NCBI GenBank assembly: GCA_963675915.1
Contig: OY780959.1
Span: forward strand, 1,830,001 to 1,862,000
DNA length: 32,000 nt
Source of the DNA: Coprobacillaceae bacterium
GTDB taxonomy: Bacteria; Bacillota_I; Bacilli_A; Erysipelotrichales; Coprobacillaceae
Direction of reading: 5' to 3'
Below the pieces are notes generated by a model that ran no database searches, was not told where the DNA came from, and worked only from the letters and a program-made list of their open reading frames with translations. This document shows, piece by piece, positions 1 through 7,691 of this stretch (position 1 is its first letter; each line of letters begins with the position of its first letter). Both the position numbers and the translations under genes were made by a program.

Positions 1-548
1 CCGAACTCTCTTTGGCAAGATGTCTCAACAACAATCTCCTTGATTCCCATCGTATCAAGTTGCGCCTTAAGCAAATGTTCACTCTTTTCAAGAGTGATTG
101 TCTTGAATTCCCCGGTGGTTATATCACAAAAAGCGAGCACATAGTTAAAATCGAATTCTTTGAAACATCCGATATAGTTATTGCTCGAAGTGATGTTTTC
201 ATCAAAAATTGTTCCGGGAGTGACAATCTGGACAACTCCCCGCTCTACTATTTTTGATTTTCCCGGTTCGCTCAACTGTTCAGCTATCGCAACCTTGAAT
301 CCCAGATCCACCAGTTTTTGAATGTATTGGCTCGCCGAATGGAAGGGTACTCCGCACATGGGAACCCGTTCCTTCACTCCGGCATTTTTACCTGTCAATG
401 TCAGATTAAGCGCCTTTGATACCTCGAGGGCATCGTCGAAGAACATTTCATAGAAATCCCCCAACCGGAACATCAAGACCATATCCTGGTGTTCATTTTT
501 GATGTCGAGATATTGACGCATCATCGGACTATATTTTTCTTTCATCAT
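1..548 (-). CDS. mutS: DNA mismatch repair protein MutS, N-terminal part (gene continues beyond the window start)
   Basis: Absent from the ORF track because it runs off the edge. The reverse complement from 548 reads MMKEKYSPMMRQYLDIKNEHQDMVLMFRLGDFYEMFFDDALEVSKALNLTLTGKNAGVKERVPMCGVPFHSASQYIQKLVDLGFKVAIAEQ... This is the canonical MutS mismatch-binding N-terminus (MMxQY, FRxGDFYExFxxDA, MxGVP). GGGAG RBS at 553-557. The + ORF 12..257 is its antisense shadow. Confidence 0.9.
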   Translation of the reverse strand, partial: MMKEKYSPMMRQYLDIKNEHQDMVLMFRLGDFYEMFFDDALEVSKALNLTLTGKNAGVKERVPMCGVPFHSASQYIQKLVDLGFKVAIAEQLSEPGKSKIVERGVVQIVTPGTIFDENITSSNNYIGCFKEFDFNYVLAFCDITTGEFKTITLEKSEHLLKAQLDTMGIKEIVVETSCQREF

Positions 549-621
549 ATCACTCCCTAAATAAAGTCATTATAACATAAAATTTCAGGATTGGTATAGG
601 CCCCGCCAAGTTCATTTTTTA

Positions 622-650
622 TTGCATTGAATTTCCGATAATGTTAGAAT
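622..650 (+). promoter_or_regulatory. Sigma-A-type promoter for the first PucR gene
   Basis: TTGCAT (622-627), 17-nt spacer, TGtTAGAAT extended -10 (TAGAAT at 645-650). AAGAGGTGA RBS follows at about 657-665. Confidence 0.45.
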
Positions 651-670
651 TTTTAAAAGAGGTGATTATA

Positions 671-1903
671 TTGCATATTACTTTGAAAGACGTCTTGGAG
701 TTCGAGACGTTCAAAGACGCAAAAGTTTTAACCAGTACTGACAACCTTGACCGCCCGGTCGGATTCAATTATATAATCGACAGTTTCCCAAATCTGAGCG
801 AAACCGTCAAGTGGTTGCGCGACGACGTTTTGGTGTTTGTTCTAGGCCACTCCATTCTGGACCAGACTGACAGACTGATTGAAATTTTGAACATGCTTGA
901 AGGAATCAAGATACCCGGCGTCGTCGTTTATGTCGACAAATACATTAAATCGATTCCAGAAAGTGTAATCAGAGCCTATGATGAAAAAAACATGCCTTTG
1001 GTCGCTTTGCCATGGAAGGTCAAATACCTGGACGTTTCCAATGAGATATTTTCGACAATCGCCCTGAACCAGCTTCACGAAAAAGAGCAATCGGATATTC
1101 TCTATCAAGTCCTTTTTGACTCAACCTTCGATCAAGTTGACATCCTGGCCCGACTGGAACCGCTGAGTTTCAACACTGAAGTACGTCACTGCATCATGCT
1201 CGGGGACATCGTGCAATTCAAGAAATACATTTCTGCCAACCACTTAAGCGAACAGGATATTTCCAAACTCAAGGATGACTTTCACAACCTGCTTTATACT
1301 CAGCTTAACAACCTGGGATTCAACTTCATATCCATGTCGCACAACGACAATACGATAACCTTGCTCGAAGAAGACGAAGCCAACAAAATCCTGGGGACCG
1401 ACTTCGAAGTAACCCTGAATACCAAATTGAAAAAAATGTACCCGGGAATCGAATGCACCTTGGGAATCGGTTCGAGTGTCAACAACATCAACGAACTGGC
1501 CAATTCATACCGCCAGGGGAAAAATGTCATCAACGCCAAAAGAAGCGGTTTGGTACCAGATACAACTATTTTGTACAACGAACTGGGAATATTCCAGATT
1601 CTTTATGCAACCGACATCGATACCTTGATGCATTTATATCCCAACAAAATCAAACCAATCATCGAATATGACGAATCTCATAACAGCAACTTGTTGGAAA
1701 CCTTGGAAATCTATCTTGACAACAAGAACTCCCTGACAACTGCTGCGAAGATCCTCTATGTTCATAAAAACACTATTCTTTATCGAATTGACAAAATCAA
1801 CACCTTGATTGACCTTAATTCAATTGATACCTTTACACTTTTATTTGAGATAAAAGTATACAAGTACCTTCATTCCAAACAAAAGAATAACAACCAAAAG
1901 TAG
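671..1903 (+). CDS. PucR-family transcriptional regulator (paralog 1)
   Basis: C-terminal PucR-type HTH: LLETLEIYLDNKNSLTTAAKILYVHKNTILYRIDKINTLIDL. The N-terminus (M)HITLKDVL matches paralog 2 (MGITLKEL). The track start ATG 641 lies inside the predicted -10 region. The in-frame TTG at 671 has a good RBS 5-6 nt upstream, so 671 is preferred. Confidence 0.8.
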   Translation: MHITLKDVLEFETFKDAKVLTSTDNLDRPVGFNYIIDSFPNLSETVKWLRDDVLVFVLGHSILDQTDRLIEILNMLEGIKIPGVVVYVDKYIKSIPESVIRAYDEKNMPLVALPWKVKYLDVSNEIFSTIALNQLHEKEQSDILYQVLFDSTFDQVDILARLEPLSFNTEVRHCIMLGDIVQFKKYISANHLSEQDISKLKDDFHNLLYTQLNNLGFNFISMSHNDNTITLLEEDEANKILGTDFEVTLNTKLKKMYPGIECTLGIGSSVNNINELANSYRQGKNVINAKRSGLVPDTTILYNELGIFQILYATDIDTLMHLYPNKIKPIIEYDESHNSNLLETLEIYLDNKNSLTTAAKILYVHKNTILYRIDKINTLIDLNSIDTFTLLFEIKVYKYLHSKQKNNNQK

Positions 1904-1922
1904 CAACTGGCTACTTTTTTTA
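1896..1922 (+). terminator. Rho-independent terminator after PucR paralog 1
   Basis: AAAAGTAGC aactg GCTACTTTT followed by a T-run. It overlaps the TAG stop at 1901-1903. Confidence 0.5.
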
Positions 1923-1976
1923 TTGCTTCCATTTATTTTGAACATATGTTAAAATAACCTCATCTTGGAGGTAATT

Positions 1977-2852
1977 ATGCAAGAAGAATGTAAAAAATGC
2001 AACCTGAAACAAATCCGTAATCTGGCTGAGATGTTGAATCTTGATCCTGATGAGACCAATAATCTGATCCGCCATGCCCAAACTTATTTGAATAACGATT
2101 TCGATAACAAGACCAATCCGGAAGTCATGGGCTGTCTGTATGAGGATATCCTGAAAACCATCGGTCATGATGACCCCTATGAATCAATCAAATCCCAATA
2201 CAATCAGTTATTGCTGAAGCAGGAACCCCTGATTAATGAAATAATCGCCGCATCCGATGACAAATTCAAAACCGCACTTAAAATCGCAATCACCGGCAAT
2301 TTGATTGATTTTTCAGCGAAACACCAATTCGATCAGGAGCTGCTGTTGGAAAAGATCAATTCGATTTTGAATTCCAACCTTGCTGTCGATCACAGCGACT
2401 CGCTAAAAAACAATCTAAAGACAGCCAAGACCCTGCTCTATCTGGGCGATAATTGTGGAGAAATTGTTCTTGATAAGATATTCATCAATCAAATTCAAGC
2501 AATGTCCCCAGATCTCAAAATCATCTTTGCCGTGCGAGGACGCCCGGTCGTCAATGATGCAACCATAAATGACGTCAAAGAGGTAAAAATGAATTCAGTT
2601 TGTCAGTGCATTACCAACGGCGACGGCTCGCTGGGAACAGTATTAACCAGAGTAGATGACAATTTCACCTCCGTTTTCAACTCGGCTGATATAATCATCT
2701 CCAAAGGTCAAGGAAATTTGGAATCACTTATGCACGAAGGTCGTGACAACATCTTCTTTATGTTCATGGTAAAATGCGACTTGGTCGGTGACCCCCTTGA
2801 TTTGAACTTGTATGACATCGTTTGTCTCAAATCCAATAATATCCACCCATGA
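1977..2852 (+). CDS. DUF89 / ARMT1-like damage-control phosphatase family protein
   Basis: N-terminal CxxC (CKKC), LGDNCGEIVLDK (the DNxGE metal motif) and SKGQGNLES (KGxxN motif) are typical of DUF89. GGAGG at 1967-1971 sits 5 nt before ATG 1977. The track start 1965 is a TTG inside the RBS. Confidence 0.75.
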   Translation: MQEECKKCNLKQIRNLAEMLNLDPDETNNLIRHAQTYLNNDFDNKTNPEVMGCLYEDILKTIGHDDPYESIKSQYNQLLLKQEPLINEIIAASDDKFKTALKIAITGNLIDFSAKHQFDQELLLEKINSILNSNLAVDHSDSLKNNLKTAKTLLYLGDNCGEIVLDKIFINQIQAMSPDLKIIFAVRGRPVVNDATINDVKEVKMNSVCQCITNGDGSLGTVLTRVDDNFTSVFNSADIIISKGQGNLESLMHEGRDNIFFMFMVKCDLVGDPLDLNLYDIVCLKSNNIHP

Positions 2853-2884
2853 AAAAAGACTTCATCCGCAGATGAAGCCTTTTA
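2853..2884. terminator. Bidirectional terminator between convergent DUF89 and SBP genes
   Basis: A-run, CTTCATC cgca GATGAAG, then CCTTTT. The hairpin is flanked by A-run and T-run, so it can work on both strands. Confidence 0.55.
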
Positions 2885-2887
2885 ATA

Positions 2888-3811
2888 TTAACGTGTATTT
2901 AAATCATGGAATCTTTCGTCATTAGTGATTGTATGTAATGCTGGGTTCAATCCATATTTTTCAAAATATGTATCGATTAATCCGTCATCACGAATTTCAG
3001 CAACAGCAGCGTTCAATTCTGCCATGAAATCAATATTGTCAAATGAAACTGAAGGTGCGATTCTACCCATTAATGATGGATCAGAAACATAATTTTCAGC
3101 CAATTCCAAACCTGCTACTACATCTGGTGTATTAGCGAATAAGTTTTCCAATACTGTACCATCAGTTAAGAATGCATCAATTTTTTCGTATTGTAATGCA
3201 GTGATTGATTCTGATTGATCTCCAGTAGCTCTTGCTTCTTTGATTAAACCGTCAGCTTCCCATTGCTCAACTACATCAGTAAATACTGTACCTGGTGTGT
3301 AACCTACGATTGTGCTGCTTGGATCGAAATCTTCGACAGAAGAGATTCCGCTACCTTCAGCAACTAATAATCCCCCACCTTGAGTATACCAGATATCACC
3401 GAAGTACACTTTTTCTGCACGGTCAGCTCTAACATACATACAGTCAGCGATCACATCGATGTTTCCTGAGTTCAGGTTCAAAATCAATTCCGAGAATGGA
3501 ATCAGACTCATTTCAACATTTTCAATTCCTAAACGATCAGCTGCTTCTTTGATGATTTCCGCATCAACCCCATCGAATGAACCAGTTTCTTGGTCGATGT
3601 AAGCAAACGGAGCATCACCTGATGATCCAACAACCAAAGTCCCTGAGTTACGTAATTCAGTAAGTTTTGCAGAAGGTGTCCCGTCTACAGAATAATGATT
3701 GTCGTACTCGACATCTCCATTTGATGTAGATCCAGTGTCAGAACTTGAACCACACCCCGTAACCAACATTGATAATACTAATGCCATAGATAAAAACTTC
3801 AACTTTTTCAT
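2888..3811 (-). CDS. Polar amino-acid ABC transporter substrate-binding lipoprotein (SBP family 3)
   Basis: Signal peptide plus lipobox MKKLKFLSMALVLSMLVTGC. Ser/Thr/Gly linker. Family-3 SBP core (LVVGSSGDAPFAYID..., DVIADCMYVRADRAEKVYFGDIWY). It is the last gene of the aminotransferase operon, 13 nt after the PucR-2 stop. Confidence 0.85.
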   Translation of the reverse strand: MKKLKFLSMALVLSMLVTGCGSSSDTGSTSNGDVEYDNHYSVDGTPSAKLTELRNSGTLVVGSSGDAPFAYIDQETGSFDGVDAEIIKEAADRLGIENVEMSLIPFSELILNLNSGNIDVIADCMYVRADRAEKVYFGDIWYTQGGGLLVAEGSGISSVEDFDPSSTIVGYTPGTVFTDVVEQWEADGLIKEARATGDQSESITALQYEKIDAFLTDGTVLENLFANTPDVVAGLELAENYVSDPSLMGRIAPSVSFDNIDFMAELNAAVAEIRDDGLIDTYFEKYGLNPALHTITNDERFHDLNTR

Positions 3812-3824
3812 AATTTCTCTCCTC

Positions 3825-4958
3825 CTAGTTTATTAGTTTCTCTATCTTAAAAACAATATACAACTGTACTCTATTTTCAAAACTCGATATATCTAAACCT
3901 ATTATCTGACCAATTTTTTTCAACTGGTAATTAATAGTGTTTTTATGCAAATAGAACTCATTGGCCACTTGTTGCAACGAACCGTTGTGGTTGATGTAAA
4001 ATTCAAGCAAATCACAAAATGTGGTATCATGCTTCCTATCATATTCAACCAATGGACTGATGATGTTACGATAATAAGATTTCAATTCATCCCGGCTGGA
4101 AACCGCCAGCAGGATTTTCTCAACTCCCAACTCATCAAAACTGTTAAAGTCTTCATCATATTTGGAATGAATCAACGTGTTAAGTTTTGCATAATTGGTC
4201 GAGAGGTTAAAGATACTGTCATTATGCCTGGAGACATAAGTCTTGAATTGAAGCACCTTAGGTATCTCTTCAATCTTGATATTCAACAGTCTTTCCTGTT
4301 CAACACCGAGATCCTCGACTATATAATATAATATGGATGTTTCAGTAAAATGGGCGGTGTTCAAATTGAGAGAAAGGAAAGCCTGATGAATGTTGTTTTT
4401 CAACTGGTTTTCATAATGATATGAATTATCACCTTCCTCGATTTTAAAACCGTAAATCAGATAATCTCCGTTCAGGTCAAAGCCGCGGTTTTTGATTTCC
4501 AGAAAAGCATCATTGGACTTGTTGTGAACGTAGTCCTTGAACAGTTCTCCGACACTTTCCTCCCTTTTGTTATTTTGAATGATTTTGTCACAGAAATTCT
4601 TAGTGACATCAACCAATCTGACTTCCCAAGGGATATCGAAAATCGGAAAATTCAACTTGTTGCACAGATCAATGACATCCTTGTTGATTTTCTTGATGTA
4701 GGGCCCGGTGTTAAGCACCAGACCAACCGCATTGGCTTGGTATAAGTTCTCGATGAAATCGCAAATCCAATCTTCATCACCATGGGCAATCCCAGTAGTA
4801 AACACCAATTCACCACCGTGAAGAAAGTTCGCTGCCTCCGCATCTTCAATTGTATGTATCCAAATCACTTGATTGCTCAGACCTTGATGACCGCCGCGTA
4901 GCGACATTTGATACTTTCGTTTGCCTTCGTCAGCCAATTCCTTCAGTGTAATACCCAT
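3825..4958 (-). CDS. PucR-family transcriptional regulator (paralog 2)
   Basis: C-terminal HTH LLEFYINHNGSLQQVANEFYLHKNTINYQLKKIGQIIGLD. PucR-like N-terminal domain. GGAGGTGG RBS. Lies between the Fe-ADH and SBP genes in the same orientation. Confidence 0.85.
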   Translation of the reverse strand: MGITLKELADEGKRKYQMSLRGGHQGLSNQVIWIHTIEDAEAANFLHGGELVFTTGIAHGDEDWICDFIENLYQANAVGLVLNTGPYIKKINKDVIDLCNKLNFPIFDIPWEVRLVDVTKNFCDKIIQNNKREESVGELFKDYVHNKSNDAFLEIKNRGFDLNGDYLIYGFKIEEGDNSYHYENQLKNNIHQAFLSLNLNTAHFTETSILYYIVEDLGVEQERLLNIKIEEIPKVLQFKTYVSRHNDSIFNLSTNYAKLNTLIHSKYDEDFNSFDELGVEKILLAVSSRDELKSYYRNIISPLVEYDRKHDTTFCDLLEFYINHNGSLQQVANEFYLHKNTINYQLKKIGQIIGLDISSFENRVQLYIVFKIEKLIN

Positions 4959-4973
4959 AATACCACCTCCAAA

Positions 4974-6095
4974 CTACTGTTTCTTTAAAAATTCCAGATA
5001 AATTTGTTTTAATGCTTCCTTGGAAATTTCAGCTTTCGAATTTGATGGACTGCCACTGATCATTGCATCAGATGCCATCTTCTCAATATTTGATTCGAAA
5101 TCGTCATTTTCAATTCCCAGTTGTTTTAAATCAGGAAGATCGCACATCTCAATGAGACCATGCAATTCATCCATAAAGTTACGGGTCCCAACTGTTTTAC
5201 CCAAAACTTTGAAATCACGCTTGAGCTCAAGTGAAACATAGTTCAAACACTCCTCAAGCAATAGTGCATTCGATAATCCGTGAGGGACATGGTATAACGC
5301 CCCGATTGGTCGGGACATCCCATGAACCAAAGTCACCGACGCATTGTTTATCGCCACCCCGGCTTGATATGACGCCAGGGAAAGATAATAACGGTAATCC
5401 AGGTTCGTCTCATCTTCAAGAACTTTTGGCAGATACTTGAAGATAAGTTCAATTGATTTCAATGAATACATCTTAGTGAAATCATTGGCTTTGATTGACA
5501 GATATGACTCGATTGCATGAGTCAAAGCATCCAAAGCAGTATTGATTGTGACATGACGTGGTGCCGAGATACAGTAAGCCGGATCAACGATTGCCAAATC
5601 AGGAATAAGTTTGTCACCCTTTAGCAACATCTTGGTCGTAGTCTGAACGTCGGTGATTACAGTGAACTTGGTTGCTTCACTCCCGGTCCCGGCCGTGGTT
5701 GGGATTGCTACGATTTTTGGCAAGTTCCCGCTGATCTCTTTGTTCATGTAGAATGACAATGGTTTCTTGCTATCGATCGCGATTGCCTTGGCACTGTCAA
5801 TCGGGCTTCCGCCCCCGACCCCGATAATGAAGTCACATTCGCATGATTCGAAGAGTTGACGTCCTTCGCTGATAATCACATCAGTAGGTTCACCAGTAAC
5901 GCCGTCATAGACGAAATAGGTTATCCCGCATTCTTCCAAAAATTCTTTCAGGTCGGCCATGACTTTGGTCTTGGCAACATGCTTCCCAGTTACAATGAAA
6001 GCTTTTTTTCCATAATCAATGATATACTTCGAACTTTTTCGCAGCGCATCTTCACCGATTACACTTGTCTTGGGGTTTTGAAATATCACTGCCAT
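4974..6095 (-). CDS. Iron-containing (group III) alcohol dehydrogenase, substrate unknown
   Basis: GVGGGSPIDSAKAIA dinucleotide motif, PTTAGTGSE, metal ligands in DALTHAIES / LVHGMSRP / HVPHG. The start is 1 nt after the aminotransferase stop. Confidence 0.85.
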   Translation of the reverse strand: MAVIFQNPKTSVIGEDALRKSSKYIIDYGKKAFIVTGKHVAKTKVMADLKEFLEECGITYFVYDGVTGEPTDVIISEGRQLFESCECDFIIGVGGGSPIDSAKAIAIDSKKPLSFYMNKEISGNLPKIVAIPTTAGTGSEATKFTVITDVQTTTKMLLKGDKLIPDLAIVDPAYCISAPRHVTINTALDALTHAIESYLSIKANDFTKMYSLKSIELIFKYLPKVLEDETNLDYRYYLSLASYQAGVAINNASVTLVHGMSRPIGALYHVPHGLSNALLLEECLNYVSLELKRDFKVLGKTVGTRNFMDELHGLIEMCDLPDLKQLGIENDDFESNIEKMASDAMISGSPSNSKAEISKEALKQIYLEFLKKQ

Positions 6096-6096
6096 A

Positions 6097-7416
6097 CTAA
6101 ATCATTTCCTTATCAATGATTTCAAGCACTTCTTCAACCTTCACCAATTCTTCAAGCAGTTGCTCTTCAGTGATGATCAATGGTGGAGTGATAAAGAACA
6201 TGTTTTCATGTGAATATGTCATGAAACCTCGTTGCTTCAACATTCCGATAACTTTACCCATTACTCCTTGAGTATCTGCATTGTACTCTGTCAATGGTTG
6301 TTTGGTTGCTTTATCTTTGACCAATTCAACACAGCTGAACAGTCCGATGCATCTTACATCACCGACACATTTGTATTTAGCCATCATCTTGTCCAACTCT
6401 GCGCTTAATACCGCCCCGACTTTTGCGACATTATCCAGAATGTTATCTTCCTTATAAACATCCACAGTGGCAATTCCGGCTGCACAAGCCAACGGGTGAC
6501 CTGAGTAAGTCAAACCGCATGACAATACATTATCATCGAAGAATTCCGCGATTTTCTTGCTTACGGCAACCCCACCTAATTGAACATACCCGCAAGTAAC
6601 ACCTTTGGCGAACGTAACGATATCCGGTTCAACATCGAAGTTTTCAAATGCGAACATCTTACCAGTACGCCCCCATCCGGCCATTACTTCATCACAGATC
6701 ATCAGAATTCCGAATTCATCACAGATTTTTCTAACTCCAGGCAAGTACCCTTTTGGAGGGATGATGACCCCGTTTGATCCAGTTACTGTTTCGAGAATGA
6801 TTCCGGCAATTGAAGTACCACCTTCATAAACGATTTGTTCACGGAGTTTGGTCAGATAATATTTTGTTGCTTCTTCTTCACTCGCAAATTCCACCGGTTC
6901 ACGATAGATATATGGATCGAAGAATTTAACGAAACCAGGAACTCCCGGTTCCAATGCGAATCTTCTTGGTTCTCCAGTAGCATTTCCTGCACCGAATGTC
7001 GAACCGTGATATGAACGATATCGAGAGAAGATTTTGAATCTTGAAGTATACATTTTTGCTATTTTGATTGCATTTTCATTAGCGTCTGCCCCACCATTGG
7101 TGAAGAAAACTTTCCCGAAAGAATCAGGCAGCAAATCGATGATTTTTTTAGCCAGCTGGGCTCTTGGCTGTGAACCATAACCCGGAGAAATGTACGCATA
7201 TTCCTGAGCTTGCTGGCAAATAGCATCAATAACTTTTTGGTTGCCATGACCAATATTCATATTAACTAATTGGCTCGACATATCTGTATATCGATTTCCA
7301 TCGAAATCATATAAGTAGATCCCTTTAGTTTCTTTAATCATTAACGGATTTAAATCTTTTTGTTTTGACCATGATTGAAGTACATAGTCTTTTTGCATTT
7401 GTTTATAGTTTTCCAT
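6097..7416 (-). CDS. Class-III (omega) PLP aminotransferase, probably pyruvate-type, substrate unknown
   Basis: NMNIGHGNQKV, FFTNGGADANENAIKIA, RYRSYHGSTFGA, ICDEVMAGWGRTGKMFA, PLP-lysine in DIVTFAKGV. AGGAGGG RBS. Confidence 0.85.
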   Translation of the reverse strand: MENYKQMQKDYVLQSWSKQKDLNPLMIKETKGIYLYDFDGNRYTDMSSQLVNMNIGHGNQKVIDAICQQAQEYAYISPGYGSQPRAQLAKKIIDLLPDSFGKVFFTNGGADANENAIKIAKMYTSRFKIFSRYRSYHGSTFGAGNATGEPRRFALEPGVPGFVKFFDPYIYREPVEFASEEEATKYYLTKLREQIVYEGGTSIAGIILETVTGSNGVIIPPKGYLPGVRKICDEFGILMICDEVMAGWGRTGKMFAFENFDVEPDIVTFAKGVTCGYVQLGGVAVSKKIAEFFDDNVLSCGLTYSGHPLACAAGIATVDVYKEDNILDNVAKVGAVLSAELDKMMAKYKCVGDVRCIGLFSCVELVKDKATKQPLTEYNADTQGVMGKVIGMLKQRGFMTYSHENMFFITPPLIITEEQLLEELVKVEEVLEIIDKEMI

Positions 7417-7444
7417 TCAAACGCCCTCCTTGTTTGTCAATAAT

Positions 7445-7473
7445 ATATTATAATAATAATTTATTATTATCAA
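7445..7473 (-). promoter_or_regulatory. Candidate promoter of the aminotransferase/Fe-ADH/PucR/SBP operon
   Basis: On the minus strand: TTGATA (7473-7468), then either a 15-nt spacer to TATAAT (7452-7447) or a 17-nt spacer to TAATAT (7450-7445). About 30 nt upstream of ATG 7416. Confidence 0.35.
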
Positions 7474-7504
7474 TGGGATAAAAAATAATAATGTCTGTTC
7501 TTAA

Positions 7505-7539
7505 GACCAAACATTGTTTAAACATCGAAATGTTTAACC
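7505..7539. promoter_or_regulatory. 35-nt AT-rich dyad element A (candidate regulator binding site)
   Basis: GACCAAACATTGTTTAAACATCGAAATGTTTAACC. Contains TTAAACAT-N4-ATGTTTAA and AAACA-T-TGTTT. 25/35 identical, ungapped and on the same strand, to element B at 10014-10048. Its centre is about 70-72 nt upstream of the candidate -10. Confidence 0.3.
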
Positions 7540-7623
7540 CTTTAATTTCTTTCAATAGTGTCAATTAAAGTCACAGTTTTGTGGAACAGTACATTAAATT
7601 CATTATATCTCCCCGAAAGGATC

Positions 7624-7656
7624 CTACTATCAGAGCAATTATTACTCTAATAGTAG
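7624..7656 (-). terminator. Strand-specific hairpin downstream of the ABC/cytidylate-kinase-like operon (possible terminator or RNA-stabilising stem)
   Basis: In minus-strand RNA: CUACUAUUAGAGU aauaauu GCUCUGAUAGUAG, 13 bp including two G-U pairs. The plus-strand transcript would have C-A mismatches there. There is no clean U-run after it (GGAUCCUUUCGGGG), so confidence is low. Confidence 0.3.
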
Positions 7657-7691
7657 TCGATATTCAGGTCGGTGTCAACTAACAATTTATC

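Noticed and set aside
12-257. 81-aa + strand ORF at the window start
   Set aside because: It lies antisense to a clear MutS N-terminal coding sequence and has no RBS. It is a shadow ORF.
641-670. ATG 641 as the start of PucR paralog 1 (track start)
   Set aside because: The ATG sits inside the predicted extended -10 (TGtTAGAAT, 642-650) and has no RBS. The in-frame TTG 671 follows AAGAGGTGA and gives an N-terminus matching paralog 2.
7450-7470. Perfect AT-only palindrome ATAATAATAA-T-TTATTATTAT upstream of the aminotransferase gene
   Set aside because: It is low-complexity sequence coinciding with the -35/-10 spacer of the candidate promoter. Such palindromes arise easily in (ATA)n-like DNA, so it is not independent evidence for an operator.
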